Source of the DNA: Candidatus Poribacteria bacterium
GTDB taxonomy: Bacteria; Poribacteria; WGA-4E; PCPOR2b
Length of the DNA stretch: 64,000 nucleotides
Assembly (NCBI GenBank): GCA_965208675.1
Contig: OZ242351.1
Location: 2,432,001-2,496,000 of the forward strand
Reading direction: 5' to 3'
Shown here: piece after piece, positions 47,495-57,820 of the stretch
Layout: each line of letters opens with the position of its first letter
How positions within the stretch are numbered: the first letter of the stretch is position 1
The notes under the pieces: model-generated
Databases searched by the model: none
Told to the model about the DNA's origin: nothing
The model's input: only the letters and a program-made list of their open reading frames with translations
Made by a program: the position numbers and the translations under genes

Positions 47495-49882
47495 TTATTC
47501 GGTTGGTCGATCATTGCTTTTAATCACTGTCGGTTGAATGATTACAATTAACTCCGTCTGTTCGACGGTTGTTTCTTTTGAGGAGAATAGGAGACCTCCA
47601 AGCAGCGGAATGCGGCCCAGGATTGGGACTCGGCTGACTTTCTGAATCTCCTTCTCCTGGAGCAACCCTCCAATCACAACGACGCCCTGATCGGGGACGT
47701 TGATGGTGGTCTGTATCAGGCGCTGATCTAACGACGATTCTTCGCGTGACAGTTGGTCGGCATTTCGGATAGCGAGTTGTATTTGCATCGTGACCTCGCC
47801 GGAGGCGCCGATGGCGGGCGTCAATTCTAACAGAATTCCTGTTTCAATCGTGAAGTAGCTGCGGTAACTCGACGGCGGGTATCCGCCGAACGCCGTTACC
47901 TGCGACGAAGATTCACCGACAACCCCGCCTATCGACGTGTAAATCGGGTTGTTGGTCTCGAACAGATGCTTCCCGCCAATATCGATCGATGCCTTCTCGC
48001 CGTTCACGACAGCAAGCGAGGGATTAGCCAGCAGCTTACCGCGATTTTTTTCGACCAACGCGGATAGTTTCGCGCTGAACGCCGGCGGCACACTCACCAA
48101 CGAGTCGAAACTCACCACGCTTCTATCGTTTATCTGAACCGCAGCTCGGTTTTCGGCGGCTTCGACGGCCAGTCCCAATTCGTCACGGTTGCCTTTCGTC
48201 AACTCCAGCAGGTAGAGTTGAATCATCGCCTGCGGCTGAGGCACATCAACGGTTTGCAGATACTCACGAAATGCGCTAATTTTCGCACCGGAGCCCACGA
48301 CTAGCAAGGCGCTCCGCTCCGGCAGTGGGCTGATGTTCACATTGAGCGGGGCAGGCAGCAGTTCCATTGCCTTCGGCACATCCAGATAGTTTAAGGCAAT
48401 CAGTTCCTCCTCCACAAATGGCGCATTCATTTCGGATCCGATAATCAGCATCGGCTTTTCGTCAGGCGTCGTTTTGACCCATTTGTATGCGTAGCCCGAA
48501 CCCAAAAACAGTGCCGACAGAACCGATTCTAAAGTGGCGTCTGTTTGGCGCAAGGTAACGGTCTCGGTTGATGAAATGGGCTGGGGGTCTGGGGTTGCAC
48601 GTTGGGACGCAGTTGGCGATGTGGTTGACGGCTCCGGCGCTGTTCCATCTAAGAACACTATATCAATTCCGGTTTCAATGGAGAGCTGACGTACCGCATC
48701 GAAGCGCGGCGCGTTTAATAGGTCAACGCTCAGCCGTCCCGTTCCGCTGTCCGAATTGATGGCAATCGCGCCGCTGCCCTGATATCCACGAATAGCATCG
48801 TCTGTGGTGTCCAGTTCACCAAGGAATTGTGCTGCCTCTTGAATCAACTTCCGTGATCCGACGATAGTGACCGTGTTGTGCGTCTGGGAGACAACGACAT
48901 TTTGCTTGGGGATATGAATCGGGAGTAGGTTGAGAACCGTGTTTGCCTCAAGGTGGCGTAGCCATATGGTCTTGCGTTCGATTAACGGGTTCAGTTCATC
49001 CGCTTTTATCTCAGGTCTGCCAAAGAAGTGGAGGTCATCGGTTTGACGATAGGTATAGCCGGTCATTTTCGCCAAATCCATTAATATCTCCGTAACGGTT
49101 CTGTTATCGAGCCGCAACGTGATTTTTTGGCGCTCAATATCCCCCACTATCGACAGGTTGATCTTTGCACGCTCCGCCAACTCCGTCAGCAGTAGAGTCA
49201 AACTCGCCTCGTGGGCTGTTACTGAGATGCGACCGTCGGATATCAATAGCGTTAAACCAGCTTGCTGCAAAGGTGCCGGAGGCTCAACTCGGTAGATGTC
49301 ATCGGAAACGTGCAGGGTGAAGTCGGCGAATAGTACGGGCAGGGCCTTGTCAAGCGGTTGGTCTCGGAGATGTGACGTGACTTGACCCGTCAGGTTGGAG
49401 TCGCTAGTTATATTCATGCCGGCTTGAGCTAAAGCACGAACCACCTGATTCACTTCAACCCCGTTCGCATCAACAGCGAGTTTCCCTTCGGAGATGTTGA
49501 GCGAAAGGCGTTGGCTCTCAGGGAGGCTTTGTCCAATGAAATAGATTTCGCCGCGCTTTTCAAGCGTGAACCCGTTCGGTTCTAACAGTGCTAACAGCCC
49601 GGTTTCTATCGACACGGCGTTTAGGTTGGTCGTGACAGTGGTGGTCGCGGGGATAATATCAAGCCCCGCTACGCTGATGCTTTTCTGCGCGGCAAGATTG
49701 CCTAACACGTCGCGCAAGCTGGCGTCCCGGCAACTTAGGCTGAAAACGGAGTCATGGTTTTGGGCGTGGCTTGAGCAAGGAAGGATGTTATCATGCGCAA
49801 GAGACAAGAAAAAGAGCAGCAATACGGTTCGAGGCACTGGGGTAATCTTTTCCATTCGGAATACGCATTGCAGGAACTTCAA
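47495..49882 (-). CDS. Type II secretion/type IV pilus secretin (GspD/PilQ-like)
   Basis: Several STN/N domains; LLANPSL..NGEKASI; VVIGGLL..SRVPILGRIPLLGGLLF..TELIVIIQP. Confidence 0.9.
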   Translation of the reverse strand: MKFLQCVFRMEKITPVPRTVLLLFFLSLAHDNILPCSSHAQNHDSVFSLSCRDASLRDVLGNLAAQKSISVAGLDIIPATTTVTTNLNAVSIETGLLALLEPNGFTLEKRGEIYFIGQSLPESQRLSLNISEGKLAVDANGVEVNQVVRALAQAGMNITSDSNLTGQVTSHLRDQPLDKALPVLFADFTLHVSDDIYRVEPPAPLQQAGLTLLISDGRISVTAHEASLTLLLTELAERAKINLSIVGDIERQKITLRLDNRTVTEILMDLAKMTGYTYRQTDDLHFFGRPEIKADELNPLIERKTIWLRHLEANTVLNLLPIHIPKQNVVVSQTHNTVTIVGSRKLIQEAAQFLGELDTTDDAIRGYQGSGAIAINSDSGTGRLSVDLLNAPRFDAVRQLSIETGIDIVFLDGTAPEPSTTSPTASQRATPDPQPISSTETVTLRQTDATLESVLSALFLGSGYAYKWVKTTPDEKPMLIIGSEMNAPFVEEELIALNYLDVPKAMELLPAPLNVNISPLPERSALLVVGSGAKISAFREYLQTVDVPQPQAMIQLYLLELTKGNRDELGLAVEAAENRAAVQINDRSVVSFDSLVSVPPAFSAKLSALVEKNRGKLLANPSLAVVNGEKASIDIGGKHLFETNNPIYTSIGGVVGESSSQVTAFGGYPPSSYRSYFTIETGILLELTPAIGASGEVTMQIQLAIRNADQLSREESSLDQRLIQTTINVPDQGVVVIGGLLQEKEIQKVSRVPILGRIPLLGGLLFSSKETTVEQTELIVIIQPTVIKSNDRPTE

Positions 49883-50087
49883 AGCGCCCGTTAGCAGTTT
49901 GCAACCTGAAACAAAAACACAAAAATGGGCTGCCTACTCAAGCCACGTTGCCCTTTTGTCCCGATTGAAGTTGAAACTGAAATTGAAGGCTGTAATGGAT
50001 TATACAATTTGTTTAAGCGATTTGAGCGTGCGCTCGGGTGGTTTTAGGCGGATTCGAGTTCAGGCTTGGATTCCTAGACTCACAAAC

Positions 50088-50116
50088 ACTTTAAATCATC
50101 TGAAAAAACCTGTCAA
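50088..50116 (-). promoter_or_regulatory. sigma70-type promoter for the secretin cluster
   Basis: Minus strand TTGACA-17 nt-TAAAGT. Confidence 0.5.
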
Positions 50117-50876
50117 CACTTTTTCCAAGCCTCGAAATGCTCACCCGCGCCAATAGACAAATCCAAAAGATCGGAATTGCTTGCCCCGAAGCGTTGACGA
50201 GATGTTCATTTCGGCTCATAAAAACTTTCTCTTTCGCGCAGTCAGGTAAAAGGATGCTAAGCATTTTTTTCCCTAAAGGAAAATGTAGTCTCGTTTTTAT
50301 TGCAACCCGCTTGTCACGGCAAAAGAACTAAGCGATTAACCCGAAACATCATCCAGCCCCCAAGTTCCTAGTTCGCCAGTTGCAACCTCCCGTATCGTAA
50401 AAAGTAACAGCATATTTTTTCTTAAGACTCCTATCATCCTTATCTAGATTGACTTTGATACGCCCCAACGGTACCGGAATTTACTGTAATTTCGGTATCA
50501 GCTAGGAATGTACTTCAGATGAATTCGCCATTTTTTCGCGTTGAAGTTTGCATAAGTGGTATGATATACTGTTGTTGAGTAAAGACGGCAGTCGTGCAAC
50601 TCATCCTGAATACATTCACAGGACAGGCGCTTCCTCATCCGGCATTAGAATTCCAATAAAATTTCGCTGCCTCACGGTACGATACCGCCGCATCTGCAAC
50701 GATTTAAAACGCGAAATACCGCCCGGCGTTACCACGGCGGTTAAAGCGCATGAACCTGTTTACTCGAAGATGGATTGTACGCTTCGTGGAAATCAGCGAT
50801 TGAGCAGAACTGTAATTTGCTAGGGTGCTGCGATTTCCGTCTTTATGGTTTTTCACCTCATAAGGGGAGGGTTAAT

Positions 50877-51980
50877 TTGATTAACCTATATGGAAGAGAA
50901 TTCGACAGGATCGAATTGCTTCGCCATGTCGGTGACATTTCGCAGATTGCCGGCGTCAAACAATTTGAATTAACCGCAGGCAATGAAAAGGGGGTTGAGG
51001 CGGTCAAGTTTTGGACAGGCGCTGGGTTAAATTTTACGGTGTTGCTGGATCGGGGATTGGATATATCCCATGCATCGTACAAGGACATCCCGTTAAGCTG
51101 GCAGTCGAGTACAGGAGATGTCGCTCCCACCTATTACGAGCCGGAAGGATTCGGTTGGCTGCGGGGGTTTTTCGGAGGATTGCTGACAACCTGCGGTATG
51201 ATGTATGCTGGCGCACCCTGTGAGGATGAGGGAGAGGAGCTAGGACAGCACGGACGCGTATCTTATATCCCCGCAAAGAACGTCTGGGTAGATAGCCGAT
51301 GGGAAGGCAATCGGTATACTTTATGGGTGCAGGGTAAAGTGACTGAGACTACAGTATTCGGCGGCACGCTCTGCCGAACGCGCCGCATTTGGACGGAGCT
51401 AGGGGCGGCGAGTCTACACATTGAGGATGTCGTTGAAAACCTCGGGTATCAAGACACACCTCACATGTACCTGTTCCATATCAACGCTGGATTTCCCGTT
51501 GTAGCTGAGGGTACTGAATTAATTGCGCCATCGAAAGAAGTCCTCCCAATTGATGAGCATTCCGCTGGAGGCTTGAGCAATCACGCCCGGTGTGAACCGC
51601 CGACAGCCGATTTTGGCCAACTGGTTTATTACCATGATATGCAGGCGGACAACAATAACCACATTCATGTCGCACTCGCGAATCGATCGTTCAACAACGG
51701 GCAAGGATTGGGGCTATACATACGGTATCACAAGACCCAGCTACCCAAATTTAACCAGTGGAAGATGAACGGTGAAGGAACATACGTCATCGGTTTGGAA
51801 CCCGCTAATTGTTGGGTTGAGGGACGTGCGAAAGAGCGAAAACAGGGCACATTACAGTATATCGAACCGGGTGGACGTCGGCATTATGAGGTGGAAATCG
51901 GTGTACTTGCCACTAATGCAGAGATTGATAGTTTCGCGGAAAAGATAGAAGCGATTAAAGTTCAAACCTCCTCCGCGTAG
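50877..51980 (+). CDS. Aldose 1-epimerase-like protein (DUF4432)
   Basis: LLDRGLDI, GGLLTTCG, HGRVS, HINAGFP, YVIGLEPAN; TTG start after GGGGAGG. Confidence 0.85.
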   Translation: MINLYGREFDRIELLRHVGDISQIAGVKQFELTAGNEKGVEAVKFWTGAGLNFTVLLDRGLDISHASYKDIPLSWQSSTGDVAPTYYEPEGFGWLRGFFGGLLTTCGMMYAGAPCEDEGEELGQHGRVSYIPAKNVWVDSRWEGNRYTLWVQGKVTETTVFGGTLCRTRRIWTELGAASLHIEDVVENLGYQDTPHMYLFHINAGFPVVAEGTELIAPSKEVLPIDEHSAGGLSNHARCEPPTADFGQLVYYHDMQADNNNHIHVALANRSFNNGQGLGLYIRYHKTQLPKFNQWKMNGEGTYVIGLEPANCWVEGRAKERKQGTLQYIEPGGRRHYEVEIGVLATNAEIDSFAEKIEAIKVQTSSA

Positions 51981-52128
51981 ACTCAGGCACAACAACTGGA
52001 TCGAGTACAAATTTTTTGAAGAGAGTCAAAAACTCTAAATTAACCGTCTCCGCGAGGCATTATCCTCCATAATAGTCAAGATAAATTAAACGGAAGACTG
52101 TAAAACTCATTAGTGAGGAGAATAGATC

Positions 52129-53976
52129 ATGAAAACGCAGGTGTTGTCAGCAAACGTTACTCTGATTCTGACCATTTTGATAATGCTATTCGGTTGCGGC
52201 GGCAAGGAAGTTGCCGTTGGTACTCCCGCGGAAATGGACGACGTTTTGGACGTGGTTCCTGCAGGTGTTGCTGGGTTCGTTTACACCCCTAGTTTTCAGG
52301 CGTTAAACTATGAAATCAAAGCCCTCGTCACGGAGTTGACGCCCAATAATCCGCCGCAGGAAGACCTCGCCATGGGATTGGTAGATTTCTTCGGGGCGGA
52401 ATTTGAAATGCTGCAGAAGCTCGGTTTATTTGATTTAAGCAAAAGTTTTGCTATATTTTTTACCGGTGTGAATCCCTCGGTTCCTTCTGCCGCCGCTTAC
52501 CTGAAGGATTCGGAGACAGTTCAACAGCTTATCGAAACTGCAGCATTGGACCGTAGGTCTGTGAACCATAATGATGTGCGATATTACATCACAAGCGATG
52601 GAACCATGTTTGTACCCATGGGAGATTTCATCGTCTTTTCGGGTTCTGCGGAAGCTATTGAAAATGCGATTGATACCTATAAAAACACCATGCCTTCAAT
52701 TGCTAGGGATGTCACCTACACCTCGTTTGAACTCGATAGGAAATCTGGCATTAACGATCTCGTTGGATACGTTGAAATGGAATCGGTTATGCCAGTCATC
52801 CGTGAATGGCTGACGGACTTTGCGGAAATGACGGCTGCAGGAACGCAAGACATGGGTGAAATGACCCCGCAAGTCGGATCAACTTTAGAGTTTACGGCAA
52901 AGATGGTTGACGGGGTTGACTGGGTGCTCAATCAAGCCGACGCATTGAGTTTCGCGCTCGAACTCAATGAAGGTGCATTACAGATTTCACCAGTCCTAAA
53001 GTTCAAAGCCGACAGCGAAATTAACGAATATATTCATGCGGCGCAGGTGAACCTGACACAACTCAAATATCTTCCGCCGGGAGCTATGGCAAACAGCGCG
53101 ATGCGATTTCAAAAAGAGGACTTGATTAAGTTAAGCACAGCCATGATGACATTTTTCAGTTCGTCGGATTCAGAAGCCGGTGAAGACGAAAGCGAAGAAG
53201 CAACACAGGAAGTTACTGAATGGATGGCAAAGTTTTACGAACCCCTTGGAGAGGAAGTCGCTTTTTCCGCCGACTACAGCGGTAGCTTGATGCCCGACAT
53301 GCTGTATATTTATGATGTAGTCAACGAAGACAAGCTCAAGCGTTTCATGGATGAAGATTTTATCTCCTACCTTGAAGCCTCTAATTTGATGCTGCGCGCC
53401 ATTATGCCGGGCGAATTCTCAAACATGTACGCGGATGCGTCATTGGGACCGTCTGAGATATATAACGGTGTGGAAATTAAATATTTCACACTGCCGAATT
53501 TTCTCTCCTTTTTCGCCCAATTTTCGACACAAATGGAAGGCTTGGAAGGACTCGCGCCGAAAGAATTGAACATTTACTACGCTATTTCAGATGGAAAACT
53601 AATTTATGCTATGAGCGCTGATGCGCAGCCGGTCAGGGATACAATCGATCGAATTGCGGGAGTAGCAACAGGCTTCGATAGCGCTGCAGGTTACGAAAAT
53701 ATCACCGGCGCGTTGACGCTGAAGAACAATTTCCTTATTGCAATCTCCCCGCTCACAGCGATCAAACGTACTGTAGAAATGGCTGCTCAAATTGAGCCTG
53801 CCGCCGGTATGGCAATGATGGTTCTAGCAAGTATGCCTGAGACCTACAGCATTGGAATCTCCAGTCAAGGGCATGCAGGCAGCGTTGAAGTGAACCTGTT
53901 TGTTTCGATCGTTGATTTTAAGGAGCTGATCGAATTGTTGACAACCTTTGAAAGCAGCATGCAAGGGATGCCTTAA
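52129..53976 (+). CDS. Lipoprotein of unknown function (DUF3352-like)
   Basis: Lipobox LFGC; GAGGAG RBS; 615-aa acidic ORF. Confidence 0.65.
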   Translation: MKTQVLSANVTLILTILIMLFGCGGKEVAVGTPAEMDDVLDVVPAGVAGFVYTPSFQALNYEIKALVTELTPNNPPQEDLAMGLVDFFGAEFEMLQKLGLFDLSKSFAIFFTGVNPSVPSAAAYLKDSETVQQLIETAALDRRSVNHNDVRYYITSDGTMFVPMGDFIVFSGSAEAIENAIDTYKNTMPSIARDVTYTSFELDRKSGINDLVGYVEMESVMPVIREWLTDFAEMTAAGTQDMGEMTPQVGSTLEFTAKMVDGVDWVLNQADALSFALELNEGALQISPVLKFKADSEINEYIHAAQVNLTQLKYLPPGAMANSAMRFQKEDLIKLSTAMMTFFSSSDSEAGEDESEEATQEVTEWMAKFYEPLGEEVAFSADYSGSLMPDMLYIYDVVNEDKLKRFMDEDFISYLEASNLMLRAIMPGEFSNMYADASLGPSEIYNGVEIKYFTLPNFLSFFAQFSTQMEGLEGLAPKELNIYYAISDGKLIYAMSADAQPVRDTIDRIAGVATGFDSAAGYENITGALTLKNNFLIAISPLTAIKRTVEMAAQIEPAAGMAMMVLASMPETYSIGISSQGHAGSVEVNLFVSIVDFKELIELLTTFESSMQGMP

Positions 53977-54073
53977 AGCGTGACTTGGAGCAAATTGTCG
54001 ACTCGAGGAACACCTTTTGAGTAATCCCACGGTTAACCTGCTTCGGTCAACAGGTATCAAGTAAAGGTTTCAG

Positions 54074-55072
54074 ATGAACATCCTCGGCATTGATACTTCG
54101 TGTGATGAGACCGCTGCTGCGGTTGTCGCTGACGGCAAAAAAATCCTCTCTAACATCGTGGCTTCACAGGTTGACCTGCACCAGAAATACGGTGGGATTG
54201 TTCCTGAACTCGCTTCCCGTAAACATGTCGAATCAATTAACTACATCATCGATCAGGCGGTGACTGATGCGGGCATATCTTTCGACGATATCGGAGCAAT
54301 TGCTGTAACAAATCGTCCCGGTTTAATTGGTGCGCTTCTCGTGGGCGTGTCGGCTGCTAAGTCGCTAGCATACTGTTATAAGCTTCCGTTTATGGGGATT
54401 AACCACATCGAAGGTCATGTTTATGCAAACTTTATTGCGCATGATAATCTGCCTTTCCCCAATATATGCTTGACCGTTGCCGGCGGACATACACTGCTGA
54501 TTGAAGTACATGAGGGGTGGAAATACAGCTTGCTCGGCACCACGCAGGATGACGCGGCCGGCGAGGCTTACGACAAGGTTTCTCAATACCTCGGGCTCGG
54601 TTTTCCCGGTGGACGCATTATTGATGAATATGCTAGTAAGGGCAAGGACACGGCAATTGGCTTTCCGCGTCCGCTTCTCAACAGCAGCGACTATCAGTTC
54701 AGTTTCAGCGGGCTTAAAACTGCCGTCCGATATTTTGTTGACAAAGCGGGGGAGAAGCTGCCGCCAATCGAGGATATCGCAGCTAGTTTCCAAACTGCCG
54801 TAGTGGACGTGCTTGTACAAAAGACCATTCGGGCGGCGAAGGAGAAAAACGCAAAAGCAATCACGTTGACGGGCGGGGTTGCGGCAAATAGCCAACTCCG
54901 TCAAACTATGCACGAAACGGGCGTGGATCTTGGCGTGGAGGTTTACTACCCACCGATTCAACTCTGCACAGATAATGCGGCAATGATTGCGGGCATTGGC
55001 TATCACAAGTATCGAGAAGGATTGCGGGATGGGCTAGATCTTAACGCCTATGCTACGGCTTCTATAGCATGA
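54074..55072 (+). CDS. tsaD: tRNA N6-adenosine threonylcarbamoyltransferase
   Basis: GIDTSCDET, GGIVPELASRKH, NHIEGH, DDAAGEAYDKV, CTDNAAMI. Confidence 0.96.
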   Translation: MNILGIDTSCDETAAAVVADGKKILSNIVASQVDLHQKYGGIVPELASRKHVESINYIIDQAVTDAGISFDDIGAIAVTNRPGLIGALLVGVSAAKSLAYCYKLPFMGINHIEGHVYANFIAHDNLPFPNICLTVAGGHTLLIEVHEGWKYSLLGTTQDDAAGEAYDKVSQYLGLGFPGGRIIDEYASKGKDTAIGFPRPLLNSSDYQFSFSGLKTAVRYFVDKAGEKLPPIEDIAASFQTAVVDVLVQKTIRAAKEKNAKAITLTGGVAANSQLRQTMHETGVDLGVEVYYPPIQLCTDNAAMIAGIGYHKYREGLRDGLDLNAYATASIA

Positions 55073-55132
55073 GATGCTCTAATACCCATTTCGCCAAAAG
55101 TCAACATTCAGGAATTTATTGATTTTTTCTCT

Positions 55133-55750
55133 ATGTCCTTTATGACCCCAGCCAAGGATTCACTTATTGATCGAGCCGTTTCGATTCTGAACCGCGGCGG
55201 GGTAGTCGCTTTTCCCACCGATACGGTATACGGTATCGGCGCCCATCCATGCCGCCCGGAAGCTGTACGCAAACTCTATCAGGTCAAGGGACGCCCCATT
55301 GATAAACCTATCCCTATCCTCCTCGGATCTATTGGAGATGTCGAGCAGGTCGCTCAGAACGTCCCGGAGAGTTTCTTTCAACTCGCAAATCGATACTGGC
55401 CGGGTGAGTTGACCCTGATTGTCGAGGCGAAAAACCTACCGCCTGAAGTCACCGCCGGGGGGAAGACCGTAGGTGTGCGAATGCCGAATCATGCGCTTGC
55501 TCTGAAACTGTTGCACAGTTTCGGTAGACCGATTGCAACAACGAGCGCGAATAAATCCGATGAAATGCCGGCGACTTCGTCGGAGGAAGTACGGGACAAT
55601 CTTGGGAAACTGGTCGATCTGATTTTGGACGGTGGACAGACGTTTACGAAAACTGCTTCAACAGTCTTGGATCTCTCCGTCTGTCCCCCGCAGATACGAC
55701 GGCATGGAGGCATCCCGGCCGACGGACTCATGCCATACCTTGAGGCGTAA
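55133..55750 (+). CDS. tsaC: L-threonylcarbamoyladenylate synthase (YrdC/Sua5 domain)
   Basis: AFPTDTVYG, KGRP, WPGELT, TTSANKS, STVLD. Confidence 0.92.
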   Translation: MSFMTPAKDSLIDRAVSILNRGGVVAFPTDTVYGIGAHPCRPEAVRKLYQVKGRPIDKPIPILLGSIGDVEQVAQNVPESFFQLANRYWPGELTLIVEAKNLPPEVTAGGKTVGVRMPNHALALKLLHSFGRPIATTSANKSDEMPATSSEEVRDNLGKLVDLILDGGQTFTKTASTVLDLSVCPPQIRRHGGIPADGLMPYLEA

Positions 55751-55824
55751 CCGCAATAATCGAACGTTCGACCGTTGAGCACTGATGAGGAGGAGTAATT
55801 CAATTTGTACTCGGAGGTAACTGA

Positions 55825-57144
55825 ATGAGCAACAGGCGCAAACCTTATATCTATGTTACACTGCAAGGCCCCGAAGATGGCGGGGATTTTGGCCCCAACA
55901 CGCCGGGAACCAAAACCAGCGGAATCCAGGAAGCGATTGACTTTGCGCACGAAAATTGTAGAGACGTTCACATCTTTGGCGGCAGAGGCGGCATGCACGA
56001 TGGAAAAGGGTTGCCGGATAACGTGTATACGTTAAATGAGACACTAAGAGTCCCTTGGAGCCAGGACCTCAAAGTGGATGGCGGCAATTACGTATTATCG
56101 TATACAAAAAATACCGGGCACGCAATCCAGATTGACAGCCAGATGAATTGCCGGTACAAATTCGGACTTATCGGTTCTCAATCTCGCGACGCTGTGGTTT
56201 GCATCAAACCAGAAACGCCGGGACCGGACGATTTCGTTGTTATCACCGCCTGCATTTTTGATTTTTCAGCGATTGTCTCACATCATCCGGATAGCACCGC
56301 GATGTTAATAGACTCGTCCAAAGGGTTGATTATCAACAGCAAGATTGTGGCAGAAGAGACAAACTCAATGGGCACGGGAGTTCATGTGACTGATGGCGCC
56401 GGCACAGGGCACTGGATTAGCAACAATGAGATTGAAGTGAGGTACGGCAATCAATACCACGCTAGGGAAAGGTGCGTGGGTCTCCGATTGGGCGATCCCG
56501 GTTCGACGAAGATAGTCCATAACAGTTTTGATATGTCATACCATGCACCAAAAGGCGTGCATTGGGACGAACAGACAGGACGGTACGTTACGGCTGAAGA
56601 TTTTGTGCCGGAAGAAGCTATCGGGGTGGACATCTTCGCGCAAAGGAACTTACTGAACCTTTCGTTTTACGGCAAACGAGCGCAGGGGCACGACGTTGTC
56701 TTTGAGCAAGACGCCCGAGACAACACCATTTTTGCCTTCAACTTGCCAAACGGTATCACAAACAACGCTGCAACCCCGACAAATCGAATTATCGCGAATT
56801 GGCCAATCGGGTTTGATGTTTCCACGCCGCCGGTGCCCGGCTCCGGCGAATCCATGATGAACACAACGCCTTATACGGTGCAAATCATTATCCTCACGCC
56901 GGGCATTGTGTCAAGCTGGGCCATTACGGATGCCGGCAGTACCCAGCAGACCTATCCGCGAAGCTTGAGCCTGGCGGATAATCTCAAGCGGCCGCAACTC
57001 ACACCGCCGACTCCACGGCCGCCAAGCACGCAAACTATCGCCGCCGGACTTTTCGCTGGCCAGACAGTCATATTAGAACCGGGCGAAGAGATACAGTTCA
57101 CCTATTCAAACGCCCCAACTTGGAGATGGAAAGCGCTCCGATAA
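55825..57144 (+). CDS. Hypothetical protein, probable beta-helix (pectin-lyase-like)
   Basis: GGAGG RBS; DFGPNTPGTKTSGIQEAID N-terminal cap; Asn/Ile-rich strands. Confidence 0.6.
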   Translation: MSNRRKPYIYVTLQGPEDGGDFGPNTPGTKTSGIQEAIDFAHENCRDVHIFGGRGGMHDGKGLPDNVYTLNETLRVPWSQDLKVDGGNYVLSYTKNTGHAIQIDSQMNCRYKFGLIGSQSRDAVVCIKPETPGPDDFVVITACIFDFSAIVSHHPDSTAMLIDSSKGLIINSKIVAEETNSMGTGVHVTDGAGTGHWISNNEIEVRYGNQYHARERCVGLRLGDPGSTKIVHNSFDMSYHAPKGVHWDEQTGRYVTAEDFVPEEAIGVDIFAQRNLLNLSFYGKRAQGHDVVFEQDARDNTIFAFNLPNGITNNAATPTNRIIANWPIGFDVSTPPVPGSGESMMNTTPYTVQIIILTPGIVSSWAITDAGSTQQTYPRSLSLADNLKRPQLTPPTPRPPSTQTIAAGLFAGQTVILEPGEEIQFTYSNAPTWRWKALR

Positions 57145-57198
57145 CATCTATACATAACCTCAAAACTAAAGAAAAGGAAATCACGGAAAAAACAACTA

Positions 57199-57777
57199 AT
57201 GGACTTACAACAGATTAACATTAAGGTCTTCGTTACGGAAGACAGTCATATCAGTTACGAGAACTTCATTAAAGTTTTCAACCGGTGGATGGAGGAAGCA
57301 GATCAAGACGACTACTTGAACTACGCCGACTATTCCTTTACACATGCAGGCCCCGGCGTGCTGTTGATTTCCAAACGTGCGAATTATAGCATTGATAACG
57401 CCCATAACCGCCACGGTTTACTCTACAACCGGAAGCACAAATCGGAAGGGAATAATTCCCAAAAACTGCATCGTGCGTTTGTCGAGACGCTTCAAAAGTG
57501 CCGCCGTTTAGAAGAAGCCGAAGAACTTGAGAATGAAGTTCGGTTCAATGGTGATGACATCCTGTTTATGGTAAATAATCGACATATCGCCCCGAATACG
57601 GATGAGTCATTTCAGGGAATTAGGCAGGAATTGAGTCTTGTGCTTCAGCAGATGTACGGCGGTGATGATTTCACGTTGGAACGCGCATCCGAGGACACAC
57701 GAGAGCGGTTTATGATTCGAATTTCTGCGAATGCACAAAAAAGCGTATCGGAGCTTCTCGCAAATCTGGAGGAGTAG
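57199..57777 (+). CDS. Hypothetical protein
   Basis: 192-aa ORF in operon context; ADYS..HAGPGVLLI motif. Confidence 0.65.
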   Translation: MDLQQINIKVFVTEDSHISYENFIKVFNRWMEEADQDDYLNYADYSFTHAGPGVLLISKRANYSIDNAHNRHGLLYNRKHKSEGNNSQKLHRAFVETLQKCRRLEEAEELENEVRFNGDDILFMVNNRHIAPNTDESFQGIRQELSLVLQQMYGGDDFTLERASEDTRERFMIRISANAQKSVSELLANLEE

Positions 57778-57820
57778 TTTTAGCGCCTATTGAGATGTTT
57801 CACCAGGGAGTGATTTTCAG

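Noticed and set aside
54365-55006. 213-aa minus-strand ORF
   Set aside because: Antisense to tsaD, with no recognisable features.
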